This document shows, one piece after another, positions 1-10,855 of a stretch of 60,760 nt of DNA. The notes beneath the pieces were generated by a model that saw nothing but the letters and a program-made list of their open reading frames with translations, did no database searches and was not told where the DNA came from. Within the stretch, counting starts at the first letter, position 1. Every line of letters begins with the position of its first letter. Source of the DNA: a virus (taxonomy: Duplodnaviria; Caudoviricetes); IMG/VR virus record IMGVR_UViG_3300030060_000709, positions 1 to 60,760 of that record; one strand, 5' to 3'. The position numbers and the translations under genes are program-made.

Positions 1-1
1 T

Positions 2-124
2 GAGTCTAACATTACAATACCGCTTATTGATACAAGCACTATGATGCCTGTGCTGATGGGTATGTTAGGACTTGGTGCAATGAGAAGCGTTGAAAAAGTA
101 CAAGGAGTATCGAGAGAAAAATGA
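2..124 (+). CDS. C-terminal fragment of a probable 3TM holin (truncated by window start)
   Basis: Manual translation ...IPLIDTSTMMPVLMGMLGLGAMRSVEKVQGVSREK*; hydrophobic LMGMLGLGAMRS-EK tail resembles GTA-type 3TM holins; lies just upstream of the lysozyme. Confidence 0.65.
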   Translation, partial: ESNITIPLIDTSTMMPVLMGMLGLGAMRSVEKVQGVSREK

Positions 125-297
125 TTGGTTGGCTATATGAAAAACATTTGAAGTTATTTTTTGGGCGCGAGTTCAAACGTGTTCGTGCGCGAGACAACAA
201 AGGACGTTACGTAGCAGATGACAAATCTACGCCTGATAAGAACGAAGCGTATATTAATGTGTCGGCTGCATTAAACGCTGGAAAAAATGAAGACTAG
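121..297 (+). CDS. Small phage hypothetical protein (58 aa)
   Basis: Manual translation MIGWLYEK...RARDNKGRYVADDKSTPDKNEAY...; start overlaps upstream stop (ATGA) and end overlaps lysozyme start. Confidence 0.6.
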   Translation: MIGWLYEKHLKLFFGREFKRVRARDNKGRYVADDKSTPDKNEAYINVSAALNAGKNED

Positions 298-739
298 CGC
301 AGAAGGTGTTGCCCTCATTAAAAAATTTGAAGGCTGCAAGCTGGAGGCTTATCAATGCAGCGCGTCAGTTTGGACAATTGGCTGGGGAACAACTAAAGGA
401 GTTCAAGAAGGGGATACCTGTACGCAAGACGAGGCTGATGCTTTTCTGGAGGATGACCTGTTTGAATTTGAAAAGACAGTACACAAACACGTTAATGTAC
501 CTCTCCAACAAAATGAATTCGATGCGCTCGTATCTTGGGTATACAATCTTGGTGGAACTAACCTTCGGGAATCTACTCTTCTTATTCGCATTAATGACAA
601 CACTGACAGCAGCCGCGCTGATATTCCTTATCAAATTAGAAGATGGAATAGGGCTGGCGGCAAAGTTTTAGATGGGTTGGTTAGACGCAGGGAAGCAGAA
701 GCATTATTATGGCAAGGTAAAGATTGGACTCATGTGTAG
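287..739 (+). CDS. Endolysin, GH24 phage lysozyme
   Basis: IKKFEGCKLEAYQCSASVWTIGWGTT catalytic region, FDALVSWVYNLG, GLVRRREAE. Confidence 0.93.
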   Translation: MKTSAEGVALIKKFEGCKLEAYQCSASVWTIGWGTTKGVQEGDTCTQDEADAFLEDDLFEFEKTVHKHVNVPLQQNEFDALVSWVYNLGGTNLRESTLLIRINDNTDSSRADIPYQIRRWNRAGGKVLDGLVRRREAEALLWQGKDWTHV

Positions 740-746
740 GTGACAT

Positions 747-2597
747 ATGCCGTTACAAAAGATAGCTTTCAAGCCCGGAGTTGACCGTGAAAACACTCGT
801 TACACCAGTGAAGGCGGTTGGTACGAAAGCGATAAAGTGCGTTTTAGACAGGGTATGCCTGAGAAGATCGGTGGTTGGACTCGTCTATCTGATAACACTT
901 TTTTAGGTGTCTGTCGTTCTTTACACTCATGGGTTACTTTAGCTAATTTAAAACTAACTAGTGTAGGCACACACCTTAAATATTATATAGAACGTGGTGG
1001 TGAGTATAATGATGTAACACCTCTACGTGCCACTGTGTCTCTTTCAGGACCGTTTGCTACTTCTAGTGGGTCTACTACTGTTACTGTTACAGATGCTAAC
1101 GGTGGATATAAAAATAATGATTTTGTTACGTTTAGTGGAGCTTCTGCTGTTGGAGGATTAACACTAAACGGTGAGTTTCAAATAACGTACAGCACAGGTA
1201 ATACATACACCATAACAGCTTCTTCCGCAGCGAGTTCTAGTGCTTCTGGTGGAGGCACTGTATCAGCAGCTTATCAGGTAAATACAGGAGCAGAATTAGC
1301 CGTTCCGCTTGAAGGATGGGGTGCGGGTGATTGGGGAGAAGGCACTTGGGGTGTAGGTGGTACAGGTGTAGAAAGGTTAAGAGTATGGAGTCAAGGTAAC
1401 TTTGGAGAAGATTTAATAATTGGATTTAAAGGCAGTCAGTTATTTTTCTGGGATGCGTCTGAATCAACTCCTCTGTCCACCAGAGCTACTTTATTAAGTG
1501 CAGAATCTGGTGCTTCTAACATACCCACGGCACAAAATATAATACTTGTATCTGACAATCGTTTTGTATTTTGTTTTGGTGCGAATACGCTAGGTAGTTC
1601 AGCACAAGACCCTCTTTTATTGCGGTGGTCTGACCAAGAAAACGCTGTTAATTGGACCCCTTCTGCTACTAATCAGGCAGGTAGTTTAAGGTTATCACGA
1701 GGTTCTGAGATAATAGCTGCCGACCAGATACGACAAGAGATATTAGTTTGGACTGACTCTTCGATATACGCATTACAGTATGTAGGCGCACCCACCGTAT
1801 GGACTTCTCAATTAGTTGGTGAAAACATTTCTATCATATCGCAGAAATGTGTGGCTGTAGCTGATAACGTAGCTTACTGGTTTGGTAAAGATAAGTTCTA
1901 CATGTATGACGGAACAACAAAAGTGCTTCCATGTAATGTCAAAAAGTATGTGTTTAATGACATAAATTTAGATAATTCAGAGCAGATATTTGCTGGTACT
2001 AATGAGGGTTTTGATGAAATATGGTGGTTTTATCCGTCTGCTTCTAGTTCTACTAATGACAGGTACGTTATATATAATTATGTCCAGCGTATATGGTATT
2101 ACGGAACTCTTGCTAGGACTGCTTGGTTAGATGTAGGTATAAATGACTTTCCTAGAGCCGCTACCAGTAGCAGTAATAATTTAGTACAACATGAAGTAGG
2201 TGTGGATAATGCAGAAACAGCTACCCCTGCTGCTATAAACGCATCTATAAGTTCTGCCCAGTTTGATTTAGATGATGGGCATAATCTAATGTTAATATCT
2301 CGTATGATGCCTGATGTTACATTCTCAGGATCTACATCAGATTCACCCTCTGTTGTTATGTCTGTATCCGCGTTGAAAAACTCTGGGTCTGGTTTTAATG
2401 ACCCGTTATCTGAAAGCGGCAATAGTAGTGGCACCGTAACAAGAACTGTAACCACACCTATAGAACAGTTTACAGAACAGATATTTTTACGTGTACGCGG
2501 TAGACAAGTTTCTTTTAAAATAGAATCTACGGAAACAGGTGTAACTTGGCAACTGGGTTCGCCACGGCTTGATATGCGACCAGACGGGAGGCGGTAA
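747..2597 (+). CDS. Tail nozzle / DNA-stabilisation protein (P22 gp10 / tail tubular B-like)
   Basis: 616 aa beta-rich protein, RWSDQEN..W motif, C-terminal WQLGSPRLDMRPDGRR; precedes the ejection-protein block. Confidence 0.65.
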   Translation: MPLQKIAFKPGVDRENTRYTSEGGWYESDKVRFRQGMPEKIGGWTRLSDNTFLGVCRSLHSWVTLANLKLTSVGTHLKYYIERGGEYNDVTPLRATVSLSGPFATSSGSTTVTVTDANGGYKNNDFVTFSGASAVGGLTLNGEFQITYSTGNTYTITASSAASSSASGGGTVSAAYQVNTGAELAVPLEGWGAGDWGEGTWGVGGTGVERLRVWSQGNFGEDLIIGFKGSQLFFWDASESTPLSTRATLLSAESGASNIPTAQNIILVSDNRFVFCFGANTLGSSAQDPLLLRWSDQENAVNWTPSATNQAGSLRLSRGSEIIAADQIRQEILVWTDSSIYALQYVGAPTVWTSQLVGENISIISQKCVAVADNVAYWFGKDKFYMYDGTTKVLPCNVKKYVFNDINLDNSEQIFAGTNEGFDEIWWFYPSASSSTNDRYVIYNYVQRIWYYGTLARTAWLDVGINDFPRAATSSSNNLVQHEVGVDNAETATPAAINASISSAQFDLDDGHNLMLISRMMPDVTFSGSTSDSPSVVMSVSALKNSGSGFNDPLSESGNSSGTVTRTVTTPIEQFTEQIFLRVRGRQVSFKIESTETGVTWQLGSPRLDMRPDGRR

Positions 2598-2791
2598 TGT
2601 CTACAGATCTTACAGATTACGGCATTGATTTTCGTGCTCCTGTACTACCTCGTCCCCCTATTGATTATTCTCAAGAAGCATTTGATAGATTTAATAATAC
2701 CCTGCGTCTGTACTTTAACCAGTTAGACGATGCGTTACGTAACGACACGTTGGTAAATCAGGGTGAAGCAATGAGTTGGTTTATAAGCTAA
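2597..2791 (+). CDS. Small virion-module hypothetical protein
   Basis: 64 aa, translationally coupled to both neighbours (LRLYFNQLD). Confidence 0.6.
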   Translation: MSTDLTDYGIDFRAPVLPRPPIDYSQEAFDRFNNTLRLYFNQLDDALRNDTLVNQGEAMSWFIS

Positions 2792-3114
2792 TGGCTAATA
2801 CATACGTAAATGCAAAGGTTGATCTTACTACTACTGACATAACTACGTTGTATACGTGTGCTGCACTTACAACAGGTATTGTCAAATCTATATTAGTCTC
2901 TGATGATTCTGGTAGTGGAGATACTATAACAGTCACTATTACCAATGCTTCTGATGCAATATTCAGTTTGTTCAAGGTAAAAGCTGTAAGTGCTAATACA
3001 ACAGTAGAATTACTAACTGCACCACTTGTTGTACAGACAGGAGAGATATTAAAAGTACAAGCTGCAACAGCTAATAGGCTTCATGTAGTAGCCAGTATTC
3101 TGGAGGTTACATAG
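2791..3114 (+). CDS. Small beta-rich virion protein
   Basis: Start moved to MANTYVNAK (TAATG overlap with upstream stop); coupled to next gene. Confidence 0.65.
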   Translation: MANTYVNAKVDLTTTDITTLYTCAALTTGIVKSILVSDDSGSGDTITVTITNASDAIFSLFKVKAVSANTTVELLTAPLVVQTGEILKVQAATANRLHVVASILEVT

Positions 3115-6100
3115 TGGCTGACGTAGAAGAAAAAGATCCAAATGACACTTTAGATCAAACACTTCCTAATAACCCAGATCAATCTGAAGCAACAGAAAGT
3201 GACTCTTACTGGAATTTTCTTGAAGATGATGAATTTCAATATAAGTTATCAAATACAGAACTATTTCAAGAATGGCAAGACAGTGCGCCTAGAGATCGTT
3301 TTACTGAAGAGTTTTCTTTAGCTCGTTATCCTAAACAAGGGGTAGCAGGGTCTGGCCCTTTTGCTGTTCCAGAGTGGTTTCCTAAATCTTACATCGCGTA
3401 TGCAAATACGTTTGATCCTTATATGTCCAACCGTTTACAAGAAACGGTGTTTCCTTCTTTTGGTAATGTTACCGAAGAATACTTAGATGATTTAACAGGT
3501 TTAGATTCATCCGTAGGTGATTTTCTTATTATAGGAATTACCCCACCTGATATTCTTGCTGCGAGTACAGACATAGAAAAATTGTGGAATCCAGAAACGC
3601 AAGCCTTTGAACCTAACCCAAATTACAACCCTGATGTAGGTGGATATGACAACATATACGATTTATACATCAACGATAAAACATATCTAAGAGATACAAA
3701 CCAGATAGGTACTTTGAGTGGAGAAAGTCTTGCAGATCAAGATTGGTTTGATGAAAGTAAACAAGAAATATTACGTAAGTTTGTAGAAAATCAAAGTCAT
3801 CCTAATTTTGATGATAACTATTTAGATGATACTGCTTCTATAGGTAAAGCTATAACGTGGGGAGAGTTTAGAAAAGCGTTAGCTAAAGGTGTAGATCCTG
3901 ATAAAGTATTTGCAGAACTAGAAAAACTATCTGAGTTACCCCAAGAAAAGTTTGCAGAAGGGCCGTTAGTTGATACAGCACAAAATTTAGTTGTTGAACG
4001 ATTTAAAGAAACTAGAGATGCTTTTTATAGCGAACTAAATGATTTTCGTGAGAATGATGGCACTGCATTTGTAGAGACATATGCATACCTACCCGTCCAA
4101 GACAAACTGCGATATTTAAACTCTTTGTACGATAGTAAAGAAATAAGTGAAGAGGAGTACGAAGGACTATTTGTACAAGAAATAAACGCTTTATATAACC
4201 CTGAGTTTACTCCTAATAATTTAAAGTTTGTAGAAATAAACGACAAATTTTATCTCGACACGTCTGGCTCTCAAGAAACAAAAGAATACCACCTTTATGA
4301 CGCTGATAATCAATTTTATGGCGACTATGATGATTATGAGTTTTTTAGTCAACTAGGTGGTACAAAAGGTGGTCCTACTGATGACTTTGATCCTAGTGGA
4401 TGGGACTTTCTTGACCCTATTGTAAGCGTAGTCTCTATGTTTGCTCCTGTTGTAGGTGCTATTTATACAGGAGTTAAAGCCCTGTCAGGAGAAGGTTTAA
4501 ATACAGGTGATTGGCTACGAGCGTTGCCGGGAATTGCCCAAGGGATTGAAATGGGGGCTGAAGCAGCGGGGTTTCCAGATTTTAAAACAACAACAACTCT
4601 TGGTGACTTATTTCCTGTTTTTAAAGGCACAATAATAGGAGGCACGACTGTAGGTATACCCACAGGAGGGGCAGGAAATGTTGCGGCACAAGCAGGATCA
4701 ATATTAGCCGGAGAAGGTGGGATATTTAAAGAGATAGGCGAAATAATAGTTGCTGCTGATACAGTTTCTAAACTACCTAAAGATCAAACAAGTGATACTG
4801 ATATAAATGGTAACGGAGTGTCTGATTTTGAAGAGGGTATAATCGTAAACTTTAGAGGAGCTATGGAAGACGAAGGAATTTATATTCCTGAAGACGTTTT
4901 TGCTGTAAATGATTACGGACAGTTTATAGGTGTTGACGGTAATCCTATAAGTTTTATTACTGTAATAGAACAAATTACCGATATTTTTAGAAAAGAAAAA
5001 CCTAGAGCCTTTGCTGATATGGTGATTAACACACCTAGCGAATATGCTGTCACTTTAAAAGATTTTCTTGGTGCTGCTTATTATAATTTAGCTGTATCTT
5101 TTGTGGCAGAAAAATCTTTAGATGAAGGTACAAAAGAAAGTTTATTTAGCGAAATGGCTCGTGAAGGTTTTTTACAAGCCTCACAAAACATAGCTGAAAT
5201 GGCTAACGGTCTGTTAGAAGCTGAGAATCTTTATTTTGAAAATGCAGAATTTGCTAGGTATGCAGAACATATTAATAAATTAGCAGAAAGTGGAAGAAGT
5301 CCAGAAATAGCAGAAAGCATGAAAGCCTTTGATGAGTATATGAGTAGCTACATAGACGTAGATACTATAACCGTTCCTACTAAAAAAGAAACAATAGAAG
5401 AAATAAAAGAAACTAATTTTTTAAATATCCTTCTTGCAACTGATGATAGGGTAAGAGAAGAAAGAGAAAAAGTAGCCACCGAAGGTTATGTAGGTTCTGA
5501 TGGAAAACTTTATACAGGAGAAGAAGCAACTACTCGTTGGGATGCTAATAAGATAGAAGAAATAGCCAAAGATAGAATAAGTGCTATAACAGGATTTAAT
5601 GGTGCTGTTAACGGTGTTAGATCTATGACAGGAGCCATAGTAGAAGCACCAATAGCTGTTGCTGTAGAAGTGATTAGTGAAGTATTTGAAGAAGTCCCAA
5701 GTATACTTACTCAAATGATTGCTACTATGGGGGCTAAAAAGTATTTAAAAGGATTAAATAAAGCCGTTCCTGACAAATACATTAAATTATCTCAAGACAG
5801 AATAAAAGACATGGCTGTTAAAGCTGGCCTTACCGCTGGTTTTGCTTATGATTTTGCAGAAGGCTATGGGTTGGGTGTAAGTGAAGGTTTTAATGCTGCA
5901 ATGGAAACTCAGTATGAAGTGCTTTATAACAAGTATAAAAATTCAGATGTGTTTAAAAATTATACAAAACAACTAAACCAACAAGTTAGTGATGGCATTT
6001 TACCTGAAGAACAGTACAACGAAAAAGCTCAAGAATACCTTAAAAGTTTAGTAGAGACTCCAGAAAACATGGAGTTTATAAGAGGACGAGCTATTGAAGT

Positions 6101-9100
6101 TGGTCAAGAACAAGGAATGTTTAGCGCATCTATACAAACAATGATGGGTGCAATGGGATTTAGTTCAGCAGCAGACAAACTAACGCTTGAAAAAATATTT
6201 GGTAAAAAAGCCATTAAAGAAATATCTAAAGTAGCTGATGGCACAGTTTGGAAACAAATAAAAAGTTATGCAGAACGCACAGGGAAAAATTTTACTACCG
6301 ATGTAAGAGAATTAGCTAATTCATGGTTAAAAGAAGCCTTTGGAGAAGGTGTAGAAGAAGGAGCACAAACAGATAATCTAAATAAGCAGCTTCTTAATTT
6401 AGACCCAGATAATGTTACAGGTATAGATAGACCTAAAGATGCTTTCGCTTCTGCAACGCTTGGAGCAGTTTTAGGTCTTGAGTCTTCTTCTCTTATGACA
6501 TCATCTATGTGGGCGGTAGATACATCGTTAAATTTAGCAGAAGCAGGAATTGAGATACCTTATATATTAAGAGAAAATTATATTCAAGGAGCTTATAAAA
6601 ATTCTGTTACTACGCCTAGTGGTGAAGTACTAGAAGGAGAATATATACCTGCTAGAGCAAATTCTGAAAACAGTATTGCTACTAATGCAGTAGTTTTATT
6701 TAATCCTCAAGTTAACAATGCACTAACACTTAATTCTGACGGCACTCCTGTATTTACTGAAACTGAAGTAATTCAAGTATTAGATAACGTAGGAATAACC
6801 ACTGATAGTTCTCCTCGTGTATATACAAGTATATTAAACGAAATTGATGACGAAAATTATATTAGTCCTTTTGAAGCAAAAGAGGTATTTGCAGATGAAG
6901 ATTATGTACCTACAGAAGCAGAAGTAGATCAGTTTATAGGTAATACTTTTGGTGATAGCACTATCGGTCAAGGAATATATGAATATGTAGATCCTCGTCA
7001 GTTAACTGAAGAAGAACTTGATTTAATTATAGGAGATATAGATGTAACACTGACTGCCGAACAAAGAGCAGAACTTATACGTCAGTATACCGAACCTTTA
7101 GATAACCAAACTAGAGTTCAAAATTTTATAGATAGCTTAAATTTAGAGCCTGAACCAGAGCCTACTACCTATACTGCTGGTGAACTGGTTGGTCCAGATG
7201 AACAAGGCAGATACCGTATTGCAGGTGAGGACGGTGAAACACTAAGTGAAGAATTCTACGATAAAGATGGTAATCCTTACGTAGCTCCTACTACTACTAC
7301 TACTACCTATACTGCTGGTGAACTAGTTGGCCCAGATGAACAAGGTAGGTATCGTATTGCAGGTGAGGACGGTGAGACACTAAGTGAAGAATTCTACGAT
7401 AAAGATGGTAACCCTTATGTAGCTCCAGATACTACTACTACTACTACCACTACTACCTATACTGCTGGTGAATTAGTTGGTCCAGATGAACAAGGTAGGT
7501 ATCGTATTGCAGGTGAAGATGGTGAAACATTAAGTGAAGAATTCTACGATAAAGATGGTAATCCTTACGTAGCTCCAGACGATACAGGTGGTAAAGACGA
7601 TACAGGGGGTAAAGATACAGACGATACACCTACTACCACCACACCTACTCCTGCTACCACAAGTATTCCACAGTTTAGTAAAGAAAAAGACTATCTTGAA
7701 GGGGATGTTGTTACTGATGTAAATGGAGTTCTTTATAGAGCAGATAGACTTGTAAACAAAAATACTGCTGGATTAGGTAATGATTATTATTGGCAACGAA
7801 TAGTTACTATAGACTACGATCCCAATCTTGAGTATAGACAAGGTGATATTGTAAATCGAAATGGTGTTTATTATAGAGCCAAAAGCGAAATAATTGCTAA
7901 CAGTGCTGGATTAGGTAATACAGAGTATTGGGCACCAGTACCAATTTCGGGTAATGCTAGAAACTTTACAAATTTAGATAGAGACACAGGTGCAGATACA
8001 GATGCAGATCCAGTAGGTACAGATGCAGATCCAGTAGGTACAGGTGTAGATCCAGATACAGGTCTTACAGAAGATCAAATAAAACAGATAGTGCAGGGAG
8101 TGTTAGACGGTCTACCTGCTAGTATATCCACTGAAGATATGCAAAATGCTATAGCAACAGCATTAGCCAATCTACCTGCTGGTATATCCACTGAAGATGT
8201 GCAAAATGCTATAGCAACAGCATTAAATAACGCTGATTTATCTACCCTAACAGAGGCACAAGTACAAGGTATTGTAAATAACGCTGTAGAACAAATAACA
8301 GGTGATATAAGTGATGTACAAGGCACTGTAGATAGTATTACAGATCAAGTAACTAAAGCAGAAGAAGCAGGAATAGCAAGGGACGAAGCCTTAGAAGGTG
8401 CTATAGATCAGGTTGCCACAGACTTAGGATTAACCAGAACACAATTACTAGAAGCTATAGGTGAAACAGAACAGACGCTACTTAGTAGATTGGGTGAAGT
8501 AGAGACAGAACTTTCTAGTGATATACAGTTAGTATCAGAGTTTGTAGGTAAACCTGCCCAACAAGTAACGCAAGATGACATAGATTTTGTTGCAGATGTT
8601 ATAGCTCAACAAGAAGCAACGACAGAATTAGCAGTTCTCACTGAACAGCAATTACAGTATGATGTTAATCAAGATGGCGTGGTTGACATAAATGATCAAG
8701 TCATGTTAGAACAGGCTATGGCAGGGCAAGATGTTGCATTACAGGGACGTTTTGCCCCCACAGGTTTATATGAACAGGCTGCACAGACACAACAAGATAT
8801 AGAAACAGCCCAAGAGTTAGCTACACAACAGGCAATACAAACACAACAGCAGATACAAAGCACTGCTGCTGAACAAACAAGACAAAGAAGAGAAGATCAA
8901 TTTTTAAGAGATTTGTTGCTTGAAGAACCACAAACAGCAACAACGCAACAGATGGGTGTAGCTAATATACCGTATTTATACGATATAAGTGGGCAGAGTA
9001 TATTTGCACCTACAAACAGAACGCAGTTGTTTTCGCCATACGGGGATAGTAACGTGGTGCCAATAACACCACAGAACCAACAAAATAAACCACAGTTAAG

Positions 9101-9167
9101 GCCATTTGCAAAAGGTGGTTTGATAAGACGTAACAATGCGCTGTTACGGTTAATAGGAGAAGATTAA
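3114..9167 (+). CDS. Giant acidic internal virion protein with internal repeats, two CBM5/12-like modules and an EF-hand-like loop
   Basis: 2017 aa, GTG start overlapping upstream stop; 3x TYTAGELVGPDEQGRYR repeats; Y..GD.V..NG..YRA...YW modules; YDVNQDGVVDIND loop; C-terminal FAKGG. Confidence 0.6.
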   Translation: MADVEEKDPNDTLDQTLPNNPDQSEATESDSYWNFLEDDEFQYKLSNTELFQEWQDSAPRDRFTEEFSLARYPKQGVAGSGPFAVPEWFPKSYIAYANTFDPYMSNRLQETVFPSFGNVTEEYLDDLTGLDSSVGDFLIIGITPPDILAASTDIEKLWNPETQAFEPNPNYNPDVGGYDNIYDLYINDKTYLRDTNQIGTLSGESLADQDWFDESKQEILRKFVENQSHPNFDDNYLDDTASIGKAITWGEFRKALAKGVDPDKVFAELEKLSELPQEKFAEGPLVDTAQNLVVERFKETRDAFYSELNDFRENDGTAFVETYAYLPVQDKLRYLNSLYDSKEISEEEYEGLFVQEINALYNPEFTPNNLKFVEINDKFYLDTSGSQETKEYHLYDADNQFYGDYDDYEFFSQLGGTKGGPTDDFDPSGWDFLDPIVSVVSMFAPVVGAIYTGVKALSGEGLNTGDWLRALPGIAQGIEMGAEAAGFPDFKTTTTLGDLFPVFKGTIIGGTTVGIPTGGAGNVAAQAGSILAGEGGIFKEIGEIIVAADTVSKLPKDQTSDTDINGNGVSDFEEGIIVNFRGAMEDEGIYIPEDVFAVNDYGQFIGVDGNPISFITVIEQITDIFRKEKPRAFADMVINTPSEYAVTLKDFLGAAYYNLAVSFVAEKSLDEGTKESLFSEMAREGFLQASQNIAEMANGLLEAENLYFENAEFARYAEHINKLAESGRSPEIAESMKAFDEYMSSYIDVDTITVPTKKETIEEIKETNFLNILLATDDRVREEREKVATEGYVGSDGKLYTGEEATTRWDANKIEEIAKDRISAITGFNGAVNGVRSMTGAIVEAPIAVAVEVISEVFEEVPSILTQMIATMGAKKYLKGLNKAVPDKYIKLSQDRIKDMAVKAGLTAGFAYDFAEGYGLGVSEGFNAAMETQYEVLYNKYKNSDVFKNYTKQLNQQVSDGILPEEQYNEKAQEYLKSLVETPENMEFIRGRAIEVGQEQGMFSASIQTMMGAMGFSSAADKLTLEKIFGKKAIKEISKVADGTVWKQIKSYAERTGKNFTTDVRELANSWLKEAFGEGVEEGAQTDNLNKQLLNLDPDNVTGIDRPKDAFASATLGAVLGLESSSLMTSSMWAVDTSLNLAEAGIEIPYILRENYIQGAYKNSVTTPSGEVLEGEYIPARANSENSIATNAVVLFNPQVNNALTLNSDGTPVFTETEVIQVLDNVGITTDSSPRVYTSILNEIDDENYISPFEAKEVFADEDYVPTEAEVDQFIGNTFGDSTIGQGIYEYVDPRQLTEEELDLIIGDIDVTLTAEQRAELIRQYTEPLDNQTRVQNFIDSLNLEPEPEPTTYTAGELVGPDEQGRYRIAGEDGETLSEEFYDKDGNPYVAPTTTTTTYTAGELVGPDEQGRYRIAGEDGETLSEEFYDKDGNPYVAPDTTTTTTTTTYTAGELVGPDEQGRYRIAGEDGETLSEEFYDKDGNPYVAPDDTGGKDDTGGKDTDDTPTTTTPTPATTSIPQFSKEKDYLEGDVVTDVNGVLYRADRLVNKNTAGLGNDYYWQRIVTIDYDPNLEYRQGDIVNRNGVYYRAKSEIIANSAGLGNTEYWAPVPISGNARNFTNLDRDTGADTDADPVGTDADPVGTGVDPDTGLTEDQIKQIVQGVLDGLPASISTEDMQNAIATALANLPAGISTEDVQNAIATALNNADLSTLTEAQVQGIVNNAVEQITGDISDVQGTVDSITDQVTKAEEAGIARDEALEGAIDQVATDLGLTRTQLLEAIGETEQTLLSRLGEVETELSSDIQLVSEFVGKPAQQVTQDDIDFVADVIAQQEATTELAVLTEQQLQYDVNQDGVVDINDQVMLEQAMAGQDVALQGRFAPTGLYEQAAQTQQDIETAQELATQQAIQTQQQIQSTAAEQTRQRREDQFLRDLLLEEPQTATTQQMGVANIPYLYDISGQSIFAPTNRTQLFSPYGDSNVVPITPQNQQNKPQLRPFAKGGLIRRNNALLRLIGED
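7164..7578 (+). repeat. Three near-identical ~40-codon intragenic repeats separated by poly-Thr (ACT)n linkers
   Basis: TTYTAGELVGPDEQGRYRIAGEDGETLSEEFYDKDGNPYVAP x3, visible at DNA level. Confidence 0.95.
8111..8226 (+). repeat. 60-bp tandem duplication in the giant virion gene
   Basis: tctacctgct(a/g)gtatatccactgaagat(a/g)tgcaaaatgctatagcaacagcatta repeated at 60-bp period. Confidence 0.9.
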
Positions 9168-10855
9168 TGAGTAGTCTTTGGGATGATTTTACAAGTTCTG
9201 TAGGCAGTGCTGCAACACAAGCAGGAAATTTTCTTACTACAGGTACGGGTAATAAATTAGGTAATTTAGCACTGGGTTTAGGGGCCGGATACCTTGCTGA
9301 CAAAACAGGTCTTCTTGATGCTAACATACCCCAAGTAGGGTATCAGGGAGATATTCCTGACTATACAGCGGTTAGAGAACGTGTAGACACTGATCCAGAA
9401 AGACGTACTGGTGGTAGAAATCAACGTTATTTTACTGACTTACAGTTTGCAGAAAATCCTAATACTTCTGCTCCATCTATGACTCAAGCGCAAGCGCAAG
9501 CTGCACAACAAAGAAAACTTTTAGAAGAACGTAATAAATTAGTTAAACCTATGGCTACTGGTGGCATAACTAATTTAAGTCAAGGACGTTATTTGTCTGG
9601 TTCTACTGATGGTATGGCAGACGTTGTACCTGCACGTATAGATGGGGGGCAAGAAGCACGTTTGAGTGACGGTGAGTTTGTTATTCCTGCTGACGTTGTA
9701 AGTCATCTTGGTAACGGTAACTCTGATGCAGGTGCTAAACAACTGCACGGTATGATGGACAATGTACGTATGGCACGTACAGGTAAAAAAGCACAAGGCA
9801 CCCAAATAAACCCCGATAAATTTATGCCTAAAATGGCACAAGGTGGTATAGCTAAATTTAGCAATGGAACGAAAAATCCTATAACAGGTACAAATCTTTT
9901 ATCTTCTGCGGCTGCAAAAACAACTGATAGTGGTGTAAATCAAGTTGCAGGTAAAGAGTCTTCGTTATCTAGTTATGTAGGACCATATGTAACAGAGATG
10001 CTAGGACGAGGACAAGCTCTAGCTAGCCAACCTTACCAAGAGTTTCAAGGACCGCTTACAGCAGGTACTACGCCCTTACAACAAAAAGCATTTGAAGGTA
10101 TTGGTGCACTACAAACACCAACTATGGGTGCTTTTACCCCAACCACTTTCGGCACAGAACAAGCTACCCAATACATGAATCCATATCTAATGACTGCTTT
10201 ACAACCGCAGATAGATGAAGCTAGGCGACAAGCAGAAATACAACGTGTAGCAGACGCAGGTAGATTGACCAGAGCAGGTGCGTTTGGTGGTTCACGTCAA
10301 GCAGTCATGGAGGCAGAAGGTAGACGTGGTTTAGCAGATCGTATTGCTAGAATAACTGGAGAAGGCTACAGAGATGCATTTAACAGAGCACAGCAACAAT
10401 TTAATGTAGAACAAGAACGCGAAAAAGCTGCTCAACAAATGGCTAACCAGTACGGGTTTGAAGTTCTTGGTGGATTTGGATCAGCAGGTGCTAAACAAAG
10501 AGCGATAGAACAACAAGGTCTATCCGCAGACATGGCGCAGTTTGAAGAAGAAAGAGACTTCCCGTACAAGCAAGTTCAGTACATGCAGTCTTTATTACAA
10601 GGTTTACCTTTAGAAGCGCAGTCAGTGCAATATTCACAACCTAGCACGTTGTCTCAAATTTTAACGGGCACTAAAACAATAGATGAATTAGTTGGTAATG
10701 TTGGCGGTTTAGGTGATTTATTTGGGTTAAACCTTTCTGGGCAACCTGCAAATAATATACCTGATAATGCAAATCCAAGTTCTGTACCAGTGACTGATTT
10801 GAGTATGACAACTCAACAGATTGACAACCAAAATCAAGGGAATTACACAATATGA
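9167..10855 (+). CDS. Internal virion / DNA ejection protein
   Basis: 562 aa; ARLSDGEFVIPADVV, YMNPY and GAFGGSR motifs, Q/A-rich helical stretches typical of podophage ejection proteins. Confidence 0.65.
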   Translation: MSSLWDDFTSSVGSAATQAGNFLTTGTGNKLGNLALGLGAGYLADKTGLLDANIPQVGYQGDIPDYTAVRERVDTDPERRTGGRNQRYFTDLQFAENPNTSAPSMTQAQAQAAQQRKLLEERNKLVKPMATGGITNLSQGRYLSGSTDGMADVVPARIDGGQEARLSDGEFVIPADVVSHLGNGNSDAGAKQLHGMMDNVRMARTGKKAQGTQINPDKFMPKMAQGGIAKFSNGTKNPITGTNLLSSAAAKTTDSGVNQVAGKESSLSSYVGPYVTEMLGRGQALASQPYQEFQGPLTAGTTPLQQKAFEGIGALQTPTMGAFTPTTFGTEQATQYMNPYLMTALQPQIDEARRQAEIQRVADAGRLTRAGAFGGSRQAVMEAEGRRGLADRIARITGEGYRDAFNRAQQQFNVEQEREKAAQQMANQYGFEVLGGFGSAGAKQRAIEQQGLSADMAQFEEERDFPYKQVQYMQSLLQGLPLEAQSVQYSQPSTLSQILTGTKTIDELVGNVGGLGDLFGLNLSGQPANNIPDNANPSSVPVTDLSMTTQQIDNQNQGNYTI

